DNA of 64,000 nt from positions 62,001 to 126,000 of the forward strand of contig JAPEUD010000039.1 in NCBI GenBank assembly GCA_026026165.1. Direction: 5' to 3'. The position numbers were made by a program, and so were the translations under genes. Origin of the DNA: Sarea resinae. Taxonomy: Eukaryota. Of the stretch, positions 24,328 to 35,734 are shown one piece after another (positions within the stretch are counted from its first letter, which is position 1; each line of letters opens with the position of its first letter). The notes beneath the pieces were generated by a model that saw nothing but the letters and a program-made list of their open reading frames with translations, was not told the origin of the DNA and made no database searches.

Positions 24328-25470
24328 ATGGCTCCAAGGCTAGGATCTCATAGGTCCTCGGATGGAGGAATAATTCGCCATGACTTGCGGAAGAGTCTAA
24401 GCCTGGGCCTGTACTCCAAAAAGGGGATCATGGTGGAGGCAATATTGCAGGACCCTCCCATTTGGCGCCTGGAGAAGAAATACTGCAAGGCTCTCATCCC
24501 TGCAATGCCTTCATAGTCTAGGTCTATCGTGGTACATGGTGCAAACCTCTGAGCCATACAGCTCGTCGAAGTTCTGAGAGCGCGAAAAGACACCATGCAA
24601 TTGAGCAAGCTGGAGAAGGCAACCAAGCCAAAGCCCCTTTCTGAATCAAAATTTTTTCTGAAGATCGGTAGAATTCATGATATGGGGTGGCGAGTGTATT
24701 TTCATGATTGGGCATGTGATAAGAGTTGCACGAATGCCGATCGTCGAACTTGCTGTGATTATTCTTTAACTGGTTCTTCATGGTGGCTATCAGGACCTGA
24801 CGCAGAGAGGACGTCAAGGTTACAACATCCTACAGACTGGTAGAGTTCGTAACCAGACTTGACGTTCGAGGAATTGCAGTATGCAGCGTGTAAAGAGACA
24901 TTAATTTGGCAAGTATCCCTGGTGTAGCATAGGAAGGCTGAGGCCTATGAGATCCGAAGTGTGGGACGCCCTGCACACTGTGCAACACCCTGACAGTGGA
25001 CAAACGGGAACTCTCGCATCTCTCATGGTCTCACACTGAAGTACTGCCCGGCAAATTAAAGTCAGTATCCGCTGCCCTCCACTCCGAATTCGAAGATGGC
25101 CACATATTACGGGAAGATGATCGACGAAACATACAAGATGTCCAGCCACCGAGAAATTACACTGCCGATCTTCCACGACACGGTCGAATCAAAGGCGGTC
25201 CACCAACTATCAGTATGCCACCCAGATCCTGATGATTCTGATGAGCTCACAGAGGCAAGGGAACGCCTCATACGGGAATTTCTCCCAACATTTAAAGTCA
25301 CCCGTCGACGTTTATTCGCCTTGCATCATGCCATGGCAAACAGCGCAGACAACATTCACGTCAGGCAACTCGACCGCAGTTGGTACGTCCGATCGAGCGG
25401 ATTCTCGGGGTTGCACGCAAGCGGCAACTTCACCGTCGCTTTCGCGATTGCGGTACAGATACATGGGTAG
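24328..25470 (+). pseudogene. Possible decayed coding relic of unknown family
   Basis: ORFs 24328-24516, 24595-24843 and 25096-25470 share one reading frame interrupted by about seven stops. Segments look protein-like but I recognise no domain. Confidence 0.25.
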
Positions 25471-27936
25471 GATGCAAGTTTGCGGTGTGCTTTGGCAGCC
25501 GGCTTGCAGCTGGAGTGTACAAAGAACTGCACCGCCGCGGTGTGCACCATCAACTCCAGGCCCTTGTCCGCAAGGCATGGAGAGCTTCATTGCGCACCGA
25601 TCACGGCCACTCAATGACATTCCCAGTTGGATGGCTCAAGGGACAAGGCAGACCCAGGCTTCGGCATAAATCGATTCGGCCTCACGTTCCGTTTCCGACT
25701 CACGCGGGCGGAAGTAAAGGAATCAACAAGGGTAATAGAGACGATAGGCTGTTGCTTCCCCGTCATCTGTTGATATCATTGAATCAGATTATTTAGCTAC
25801 ATCTCTTAGGCAGACGCACTGATCTTACCCGCGGCAGTTCCCGCCAGGACGCTGTCTCACATAATCCAAGCCTGCATGACATGACATGATTGCATTGGAT
25901 TAGGTTGGTTTTCACACGGCACACGGCACCCGGCACACGGACGGCACGCGCAACACTGAATGGAAGTTCCCGCCCCCACACCTTCGACAGATTTAAGCGC
26001 GACAGTTACGAGCATAATCGCTTAACATCCCGGTGGATTGGGTAAAGGTATTGAGGTACAGCTATCGTGGCCATAGCATGGCTGCCTAGCAAGGCAGTCA
26101 GCCGCGTGAGAAGTCAGCGGTTTTGAGGTCCGGAAAGGTTCCCGATCCCACAGACAAGCCGTGGGTTTTGATCGTCCTTGAGCCGACTGCGGGGTCATCC
26201 AGGGAGCAACCCGCACGTTCTACTGCGCAGTACGTTTATTTGCTTCCACAATCACCGGTCCATTATCAATAGCACTGTCTGTGTTGCGATACAAGAGGCA
26301 ATCCAGCCATCCGCCTTTTGCTTCTAAATATAGCCATGACGCATGGCATGGCATGTAATGGAGCTACTGCATAGGCCAGCAAGGAATCCCCTACGTCGGC
26401 GTTGATGGTGATCGTGGATTATGCGTCAAGGCGCATTCAGGCAGCCTAATCCGCCTACAAAGATGTCTTACCATGATATCGAGAACATTAAAAAATCAGA
26501 GAGCCGGAAAGACCATCTCGTTTCTGAGAGCAATCAAGCTGACGGAGCCTTGGCGTTCTAGAAGACACCCTGAAATGCATTCGATTTTGAACGAAGACCA
26601 CGAGACTTGTCATTGACGCTCAAGATCGGGGTTGGGGGCCAACTCGCAAAAGCGGTATCTTACTTGGACGAGTAGTGCCGGCCGGACCCCACGGTGCCTG
26701 CCTTTTCAGCTAAGCTACCCAAATCCTAGCCACTATCGGGCGTTCTCTGCAATAATCTTTGAACAATCACCTCTAACAACAATATACCACCACCGATAGA
26801 GTCTCATCTCATCTCAAGTCTCTCTCGTAAGGCTGATTCTGCCACGTTCTTACTCGGCACAAGGTCGTGAAACTTCAATCTCACATCTCACCACACCGAA
26901 GCTCTTGTTTTCACTGGTAGTGCTATCCGAGGATGACCATCATACCATGCTCTTACCCCGCCTCCTCTGCATTACCCCAGAACGCTCATCGGCAACGCTG
27001 ACGGGCAGGGATGACTCTTCGACGCGCGCTCTAACATGGCCATGGTCGATAACCAGCAATCTGCCTTGTGCCTTCCATTCAGCCTCGTGTGTTCCAGGTA
27101 TTGCTTGATTTCAAGCTCTCGCAACACCAATCACCGCAGGCCATTTTCGGACTAATGCCCCGACGACACTCAGGCCTCTTGTATTGATTTTCCTTCTAGC
27201 AGTCAGCCAACCAGTCAGGTAGCTACCTACGGAGTCAGGAGCCCTACCAGCGTACTACCAAGGCCGAGAGTATTGCTGATCAGCCCTACCCGGCTCTAGA
27301 CAAGCACTGCGTGCAGGCGCTTTGACGGACTTGGTGCCCCGGTTATCAGGCGCTTCGAGCTCAGGGTGGAGGATATAGCCTACCAGCTCTCGCTTCTCCA
27401 GCGTCATCTTTACCCCGTCCCATAGCCCATAGATGGCCCCATCTTGACTCTCAACTCGGCGAGACACAACCGTCACTCGGGTCGGACCTCCTGCTGTCCG
27501 TGTGCTGCGCTTTTATAGCCCGTACCTGGTATTATCTGGCACATGACTCGGGTCGTGACGAGCCAGAAATGAACAGTTCAAATGAAGCCGGCCTACCTAA
27601 GAGCGTGTGAGCGTGACCTTTCTACCTTGTGCTCACTGTGACCACGTCGATCATATCAGCACTAGCCGCCTTATCTCCGTAAACTCCATCTCCGCCTTCT
27701 TGTGTGTACTACCCAGGTGGTAACTAAGCCAAAAAGTCTATCATTGGTATTGATCCCTTCTCTGCTGCACCTGATCTACGACTTCGAAACCAAGATCATT
27801 CCTTTTGTAGATGACCATGACGATGACAATGCTGTTCCCATACCACCCTCCTCTCAACCGTTCAAACGATCTTTCCCCGACCCCCAACTGCCGGCCTCAC
27901 GGACGGAATCTGGCTGAGCTCCTCCTACTGGGGGTC

Positions 27937-28050
27937 TGAGACGTTCGACGGATTTTGACGATAACTCCATCCATGTACTGTAGAGGGGACCCGTGATAGC
28001 GCGTCGGCGTCTGTCTACTCTGAGACGTTCGACGAAAATTTCACCAAAAC
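27937..28050 (+). repeat. Cluster 3 of the dispersed ~29-bp motif (copies at 27937, 28021)
   Basis: 27937 TGAGACGTTCGACGGATTTTGACGATAAC; 28021 TGAGACGTTCGACGAAAATTTCACCAAAAC. Confidence 0.9.
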
Positions 28051-28585
28051 CTCAATTAGCTAAGGTACCTTGGGTAAGGAACTCGAAGGTTGAGGGAGGA
28101 GTCCTGGCTTGCTCGCTTGCCACACCTTGGCACTTCTCACCTTCTTCGGCGAAGAGCTCTATTTCTTGATGATGTTTCTTTTCTGGATCCATGCAGGTAG
28201 ATAGGTAAGGTAAGGTAGGTAGCTACAATAAGACCTTGGCGTGAAAGATATTTGATGCCTAGAAGATTCAGCGCTACTACTGTGAAAGGGTCTCAGTAGA
28301 GGCACTTAGGTAGTAAGATAATACAGGACAATATCTATACTGTCAAAAGTTGAAACTGGCTGGCTAGCGACTGCAAAGGAACCCATGTTTGGTAATTGTT
28401 TTGTTGATCTGATGTCTCTCCATTCGTATCATTTCTCCCCTTTCTCCTTCTTTGACCTTCCTTCCCCTATTTGCCCCCTCCCCTTGTTCGCCTTCTAGAG
28501 ACACCCGTATGAGACGTTACACATATGCCACAAGAATCATGCCCGATCAATCAAAACCCAAAACTTTAGTATTCATACCTCGCAC

Positions 28586-30721
28586 TCATCCACCCCCAGC
28601 AGCCCTTCTCATCCTCTCTTCGGCCGCCCTCGCCCTTCGCTCCCTCTCGAGCCTCATCCTCATCTCAGGCGTCAAGCCCCTCGCCTCATCCTCCCGTAGA
28701 TCCCTCGCCGTCTTCGCGGCCCCGGCCCCAATCACCATGCCCGGGCCCCTCCTCCGCGCGTCCTTCTCGCGCACCGAGTCCTCACGCCGCGCCTGCTCCT
28801 TGGCCAGCCGCTCGACCTCGGCCGCTCGTCTCGTGGCCTCGGCGCGCGCCTCGTCGTCCCTCTCGCGCGCCGTCCGCTTCTCGGCCTCGGTTTTGCTGAG
28901 CGCACTGGGCACGCGCGCGCCTCTCTTACCATCGCCGTCGCCGTCGCCGTCACCATCATCCCAGACGCAAAAGGCCTCGCCGAGCTCGGACCGCGCGACC
29001 CGGAACGCGTCGCGTGTGGCACGATCGCCTGCAATCTCAAAGGCCGTTTTGCCCTCGTCGTTGCGGAGTGTGGGGTCAGCCTGGGCTTTCGTCAGGAGCG
29101 CGAGGACAACAGCGGGTGCGTTGAGCGAGGCCGCCAAGTGCAGCGGCGTCGGCGCGTGGTGGTTCTGAGGCGTCGAGGGGGGGTGGAAGCGGAAATTAGG
29201 CGACAGGAGGTGCGTGTTTAGGTACGTGAGAAGGGCGGGGGCTTTAGATCGGCGGATGAGCGCTTGTAGTTGGGACGTGTGTAGGAGTAGTGCTTCTTCT
29301 TCTTTGGATACGGTGGAAGGTTTGTTGGGTGTGGAAGAAGAAGAGGCGGGTTTGGATGAGTTTGTTTCCGCGGCCGCAGCATCAGCGGCAGCAGCAGCGA
29401 GAGCAGCTTCATCTATCCGGCTAACTTTCACGCGAGTGAGCTCGACAAAGGCACGCATCAGCTCCGCCTGCGTCGCCCGTCGTGTACTGAAAGGGAACCC
29501 GCGCACCCTAGGATCATTGAGTCTCAGGACTTGATCGTCGTAAGGGCCGAAGAGGGTACGGCGATTGGTGCTGCCCGTCGCGCGGATGAAGAGGAATTGC
29601 GCCGTGTCGATGAGCTGGCGCCACTCGGACAATAGAGAACGAATCTCGGATGTCAGCGCCGTTTCGTTGTAGCGGCGGAGGGAAGAGCCGGCTGAGTGTG
29701 CGGCGCCCTTGGCCGAGTCGTTGGCCAATTGCGCCCCGCCTTGTTTGCGACGCGTCGTGTAGCGGTGGAAAGTCTTGTGTGCGAGGACAGTGGCTTGGCG
29801 TTCGTCGGGACTGCCGGTTCGTTTGGTGAGTTTGGGGGCTAGGGAGACAACCATGGCCGCAAAGTGGCCGCCACCGACCATGCATAGGAAGATATGGGGT
29901 GAGTCTGGGGATGCGGGAGCGGGTGCCGAGTCGACGTCCTTTGGCTTTTGCAAAGGGCGGATTGGCGAGAGCTGTTTGTTGCGAACAGTGGAGATCAAGT
30001 GAGCTTCCTCTTCTTGTTCGGCGTCGGTGAAAAGAGCTCGGTAGATGCCCAAGGAGGTATTCGGGGGTATGACGGGCGTGGTGAACCAGAGGAGCGGAGG
30101 TTTGCCCGAGCCGCGTTTTCGTTTCGCGGGCGCAAAGTCGCCATCGCCTTTGTTGTTTGAGATCTGAGCTTGACGCTTGAGTAATGCGTTGAGAGTCGAG
30201 TCCTTTGTTTTGATTGACCCGACTTCTCCGTCTTCTTCGTCTTCGGTATCCGACGAGTCGGAACCGGAGATGCTTTCGTTGAGATCTGTGATCGTTAGGG
30301 CCAAGATACAAGCATCCTAGGATTCGGATACGTACCGCCCACCAACTTCTCGAATTCTGTCTCGTTGACAGCTTTCAGGCCCCGCATCTTCTGTTTTATG
30401 TTGTAGCCGTGAAAATCAGACTTGACGTGACTTCGCTGATCCTGCACGGTCGGGAACGCCACACCGCAGAGAGCGCAGGAAGCCGAAGATTTGGATGTGC
30501 CATCTTGCAGCTGCTCGGGGTTCTTCTCCGCGTGAGCAGAGATGGTGGAATCTTCTGGTGAAAACGGCGTGCCAGTGTCGCTTTTAAGCTCTATCGTTGC
30601 CAAGATGTCGTCTGGCAGGTCGAACACTGTTTAAAGTTTAGCTTGCTGAAGGTATTCTCGAGCCGTCAGAGCTCATACCGTAAAGAGGCTTCTTCAGAAG
30701 CTCTTCTTCTCGTGAAGCCAT
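28586..30721 (-). CDS. VMS1: Vms1/ANKZF1 ribosome quality-control factor (C2H2 zinc finger, VLRF1 domain, ankyrin repeat, VIM)
   Basis: Three exons (start MASREEELLKKPLYVFDLP). CALC...H...H zinc finger, ESISGS, GGHFAA, HKTFHRYTTRRKQGGAQ, SAGSSLRRYNE, ankyrin TPLHLAA, and C-terminal RERRARAAEERM (VCP-interacting motif). Confidence 0.93.
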
Positions 30722-30927
30722 AACTCTCTGCACGTATCGACCACAGGTGCTGTGTTGCTTGTGGGACAGCGAGGACGAGAAATCGACAGACGTCACTGCA
30801 AAGCGTCGGCCAAGATGGATGAGTCAGAAGTCAGTCGTAGGGCTGCTCTGAGACGATCGATCAGATCAGATAACAGATAATCTCTCCAGATTCGCTTACC
30901 TTTTCCCCAAATGGACCGAGGACCCTG

Positions 30928-30968
30928 CGCTAACTCGCTAATTCGCTAATCCGCTAATCTCCCGCTAG
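30928..30968. promoter_or_regulatory. Four CGCTAA repeats at an 8-bp period in the divergent promoter between VMS1 and the hypothetical gene
   Basis: CGCTAA at 30928, 30936, 30944 and 30952, plus CGCTAG at 30963. The regulatory role is inferred from position only. Confidence 0.35.
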
Positions 30969-31309
30969 ATCCCCGACTGTGTTCCAATTGTTCCAACACC
31001 AAACAGCCAGTGCAGCCAGCCACCTCCCTAAGGTGGGCAGGCAGTCTCTTTGCCGTGTTCTAGGCTTTGGCTCTGGACACAGAACATGCAGCAGCATCTG
31101 CTTTCATGATGCATTGAAGTGATTGCCTTTCCTCTTGACTCTCATTCTTCACTCTGTCGAATCTCATCTTCGGATCCCCTTACTCGATTCCTCTCTATGT
31201 GACCTGTTCATATTGACGCTTCCGTCATGCTGTGAACGATTACGTACGTCTAGGCCACTGACTCCAGATTCTCCTGCTCTCTACAATTTTGGCGACGTGA
31301 AAAGCAAAG

Positions 31310-32968
31310 ATGCCCTCCGCGACAGACGTAGTCACTTACGTGGGCGTGCCGCTCGCCGTGCTGGGGGTGATGCCTATTCTGTACACCAGCGCGCGCGCCG
31401 TACTCACTGTCCGCGGCATCCGTCGCGAATTGCATGCCAACGGCATCTTTGCCACGACGCGTGGCTCGCTCATGTCCGGCGTCGTCGAGATCGAGATCCA
31501 CCGCAACAGCATCATCCCGCTGGACCGCCACGACCCAGCGTACTGGCAGCTCAGCTCCAGTCCCTCCGTCCTCAAGGGTGGCTCTTGGACGACTTTCAAT
31601 TGGAACGCCCTCATCACCGGCCACAAGCTCTACAGGCTGCAGTACAGGGACGAGCTGTCGCAGCCCCAGGCCGAGATCGATTTCGAGGAGTTGGTTGCCT
31701 TTTTGCTCGACCGTGGCGCCAAGCCCAGTAAGGATGGCTTTCGCATGTTGCGGACCAGTGGCCTTTGGACACCGTCGGGGACCAAGCTTTTGCTATCGCC
31801 CGACACGCAATCTGCTGTCTTGAGAGTCGCGGTTGCGGACGATTCGGATGGCGTGCTGAGTCTTTCGGTGCATTGGCGCAAGGAGTGGGACGCGAGAGAT
31901 AGAAATTCGCTTCCGCCGTACTGGATGCGACTTGAACGGCCAGAGATGAAAGTCATCGCTGACAAGATCCCGGGCCCGCACGACCAGACCTCCGACATCG
32001 CACTCCCGCCATACACACCGCCCTACACCTCGATCCGCATCCATCTCGGGACTCAAGGCCTCACGGCCGTCTTCCCAGAGCGGAAGCACGAGTTGCTGCC
32101 CGAGCCGGACCACGCGGGTCAACCGCACGACCACCTCCTGCTCCAGGCCGGCCGACGTCCAACTTCCCTCCCCGGGCTCTGGTTTGCCTGCGCCGCCACC
32201 GCTCTGTCGCAGTACAAAGGCACGACAACGCTCTGGAGTTACACCATCCCAGACGACCTGCGGCGGTTCGCGGAGCGCGACTCGGTGCCATGCGGCGTGA
32301 TGGTGCTGCTGGGAGTCATCGACGAAGCCGACACGCCGACGTGGGCGACGCCCGTCCAGGTGCGTGACTGGGGCGCTGAGCGCCACCAACGCTTCCTGCG
32401 TCAATGCCGGGCCATGGAGTACGAGCGCACGCTGCCGCCCGACCAGCAGGAGGCCGCGCGCCGTGTCCGCACTCATGAGCAGATGGACCAAATGCGCGAC
32501 GATTCGATGCGCGAGATGCGCGAGGCGGAGGAGCTGGCCGAGCGCCGTACCCTCGAGGCCTTGAAGTCGCCCCGGCTCGATATTGGCGCCGTGGCGCGCG
32601 CGAATCTCGCCTGGCTTCGCAGCAGAGACAATAGAGCCGACAAGGGTAAAGATGGTGGGGCAATGACAACACCCACGCTGCTTCCCGGGTCCATCGGAGA
32701 AGTCGTCGAGGACACCCTGTTCTCCATGATCTTCGACGAGGCGTTGGCCGGTTGCCTGACCGAGATGCTGGATAGATGGAAGGAATGGAGTGACAGTGGT
32801 GGCATGAATCGCGCTCATCTAGAATTCGTCAAGACCAATCAGATGTCATTTACCTTGGCCAGCTGTGTCCTGTGGCTGCTACGGGAGGGCTATGCGAGCA
32901 CGCTGAGACATGTCACCGATGATTTGCAGGAGTGTATCAAGGTGTGGCAGAAGGTGAGGTTGGGGTGA
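31310..32968 (+). CDS. Conserved fungal hypothetical protein with N-terminal hydrophobic helix
   Basis: 552-aa intronless ORF with strong GC3 bias. N-terminus TYVGVPLAVLGVMPILY, internal GGSWT and LRTSGLWTP, C-terminus DLQECIKVWQKVRLG. Function not recognised. Confidence 0.8.
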   Translation: MPSATDVVTYVGVPLAVLGVMPILYTSARAVLTVRGIRRELHANGIFATTRGSLMSGVVEIEIHRNSIIPLDRHDPAYWQLSSSPSVLKGGSWTTFNWNALITGHKLYRLQYRDELSQPQAEIDFEELVAFLLDRGAKPSKDGFRMLRTSGLWTPSGTKLLLSPDTQSAVLRVAVADDSDGVLSLSVHWRKEWDARDRNSLPPYWMRLERPEMKVIADKIPGPHDQTSDIALPPYTPPYTSIRIHLGTQGLTAVFPERKHELLPEPDHAGQPHDHLLLQAGRRPTSLPGLWFACAATALSQYKGTTTLWSYTIPDDLRRFAERDSVPCGVMVLLGVIDEADTPTWATPVQVRDWGAERHQRFLRQCRAMEYERTLPPDQQEAARRVRTHEQMDQMRDDSMREMREAEELAERRTLEALKSPRLDIGAVARANLAWLRSRDNRADKGKDGGAMTTPTLLPGSIGEVVEDTLFSMIFDEALAGCLTEMLDRWKEWSDSGGMNRAHLEFVKTNQMSFTLASCVLWLLREGYASTLRHVTDDLQECIKVWQKVRLG

Positions 32969-33302
32969 TTCTTCCTTGGGCGTCTATTGAGGGAGGAGTT
33001 GGATGAGCTTCTGTTTTCTGGTGTGGAACGTAAACGTAGGGGTCTGGACATCTATAGAGTTGTTGTAAAAGTGTAGAGATCGTAGTATCGAGTAATTGTA
33101 GCGGAGCTTTTATTTAGTGAAGATTCTTGATCTCTATGAATCTGTCTATGGTTGTTCTGAGAAGGGTTTTCGTAATCCGAGACTGCATCTGCAATTCCTG
33201 TAGATTTTTGGAAAAAGAACGGGTAGATAAAGGAAATGCTGGCATCTCAGAGATGAGCGAAAAGACAGGTCGAATGGAGTTTTGGTCATTCGTTACCGTG
33301 CA

Positions 33303-34900
33303 TTAAGCAGGCTGGCAATAATTGGCCGGAAAGCTCCCTCTCACTCCCCTGAGCTCTCCTTCCCACCAATCGTCGCTACTAGCCGTCTTCTTGACCACCT
33401 TGATCCGATCGCGCTCTCTGAAGGTCAGATCGCCTTCACCCTGTCCTTCAAAATCATACAGAGCTACGACCCACTGTCCTTGATTCGAAGCTAGTCTCTT
33501 CGGAGGGGGTGGAGGCGGCTTCTTCTTGCCTGCTGCTGCCGTGGACAGCGCTCCAGAGGACTGTGGACGGTCGCGAGCGAAGTAATCTGCGTGAGGTCCG
33601 GCGGGCGCATGTCCGGTCTCTGATGACGGGGTGTGGTAGTCGTTGGACGACGGACTCAACATTCCCGAGCTAGCTGGTGGTGACAGCATACCCGAAGCTG
33701 AAGACGGTGTAAAGGAGCCAATTTTTGGCCTGCCGGACGGCGAAGAACTGGGATTTGCCGTCGACGGTCGGAGTTCGGGAGAGAGGGCCGGTTTGGAGTC
33801 GTGTTGACTGCTTCGGCGACGGTTGTTCATGCTGCTGCTGATGTTGCCGCGGATGTTGAAACCCGAGACTGAGGAGCTGTTCTGGCGGGGATCCAATTCC
33901 ATTGGATGTTGGACGGCTTTACCGTGAGCAATGGTCTCGATACCAGATTCTACTTCGTGCTGGACTGGCTTGAAGGCGTCACTCCACTCCGACACGACTT
34001 GTTCCATCGGAGGCGACGGAGACGGGTAATTGTGATCTTGACAATAACTGTGAAGCGTGGTGTAATATTGAGCCAGAAGGGTATTCTGAGTCATGACCTG
34101 AGCGGCCAGGAGGTGGGGAAGGAGTGAGTATGCCGCCGCAAGTAAGGGAGGCAGCGTGTGCTTTATATGATCGGTCGCTTCGTGGAATTGCTTGATCACA
34201 ATTAGCTTGAGGCAGCATCAAGAACGATGGAGCCTCACCTCCGTCGCCGTCGCCAGATCGTTTTCCTGCTTGACTAACGTTGCATTCTCCCGATCTGACC
34301 TCTTTGTCTTCTTCCGGAGATTGTCTACTCGACTACTATATCGGTCGTAGTCCAGCTGGTGGATAATCAGATCTATCCGCGGACTCAATCATGGGGATGA
34401 CATACCCTCTTCTCTTGTCTTTTCTTGATGACCTTCTTGAACGGTTGGAGGCTGTCTCTTGTGGTGATGGCTGGCTGCAGGATTCTTGCGTCGACCATAT
34501 TGACCTCAGCCAAGAGTTCATGTCGCAACTCTTCGTAGGCCTCTCGAAGATCACTCGTCCTAGCCAGATTCTCCTGTGGAGTCGGGACAGGCCCATGCGG
34601 TTCATGAAGAGCTCCCGATTCGCTGGTGCCGACGACGGGGTTGTAGATGGCATTGAACTCGTTGGCCAAGTTGTATTGGATGGTCAGTATATTGCTCCAG
34701 GCATCTCGCCAGGCCTTTGTGCCGTCGATAATCTGAAGTCGCGACGATGTTAGCCGTGGATCGAGTCAGGATGGAAGACAGCATGCCTTTGTCATCATCT
34801 TGTCGGCATCCTCGAAGTCTTTCAAGAGCATTGCAACTTGAGCCTCGTCTGCAGTCTTCGGGAGGAATTTCCCAAAGCTGCGCTTCACCGTCATCATCAT
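33303..34900 (-). CDS. BAR and SH3 domain protein
   Basis: Exons 34900-34787, 34732-34406, 34355-34239 and 34190-33303. Amphipathic start MMMTVKRSFGKF, BAR segment KKRQEKRLDYDRY, poly-Pro KKKPPPPPPK, and SH3 ALYDFEGQGEGDLTF...WWEG...GSFPANY. Confidence 0.88.
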
Positions 34901-35734
34901 GGTTGCGGTTTCTCGGGCTGAGCCCTGGCAGCGGTGAGGAAGAAGAGATGATGTTCACTCGCAGCCAGTCTGCCTGTTCCAGACAGCGACGATGCCTCGG
35001 AGAAGAGATGGTGTGCACTGATGAGAGTCAAGTATCAGAGCATCAATTGCTGGTTGAACGAGGAATTGGAGAGGGTGAGGCAGTGACTCGTTACTGGCAG
35101 CAGCTGCGCCCCGCGCTACTTGACGCACAATCCCCATATACGCGTACGATCGACAGTTGACGTCGTACCTAATCGAGACGAACCAGTGACATCCATTCGA
35201 TACTCATCTTCATACGTGATCCATCTCCACCTATTGAGGCATGGAATTGTCAGTCGAGACAGGAGCGGGGGCACAACATCACCATTGTCACATCACGCTG
35301 TCCGCCCGCGATCAGATCGTTGCCTGGAGGTGATGATGCCTGGGTGCCTGGTGCCTGGTGCCTGAGGTGGTGGCGGTCACGGTGACTACCGTAACTGTAT
35401 TGCCTCCATGGATACACGAGGTAGGCAGTACTTGCGCCCAGAATAGCAATGCCCATCGATCGCCCTGGAGGTGACTCGCCAAGGTCCACGCGGTGGGCGG
35501 CGACTTCCAAGTTCAGCCCTCTCGCCTCTCGTCACATGACTCCGCGCTTCTGGGGCCTTTCCCCACGCGTTCACACAAGCGAGACACGTTTACCCGCTGG
35601 GGGAGCTGCTTATCGGCCTCCTGTGGCATGACCGTTGACCGAAACACTAACACCAACACCAACACCAACACCAGCCGGCTGGTCTGGCAGAGATGACTTC
35701 CACATATCGATAACCTCCAGCTCCTGTATCGCGA

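Noticed and set aside
31793..32818. Long antisense ORFs (341 aa here; also 5525-6229, 11300-12010, 28452-29168, 46777-47565)
   Set aside because: They are shadows of GC3-rich sense genes and have no independent motifs.
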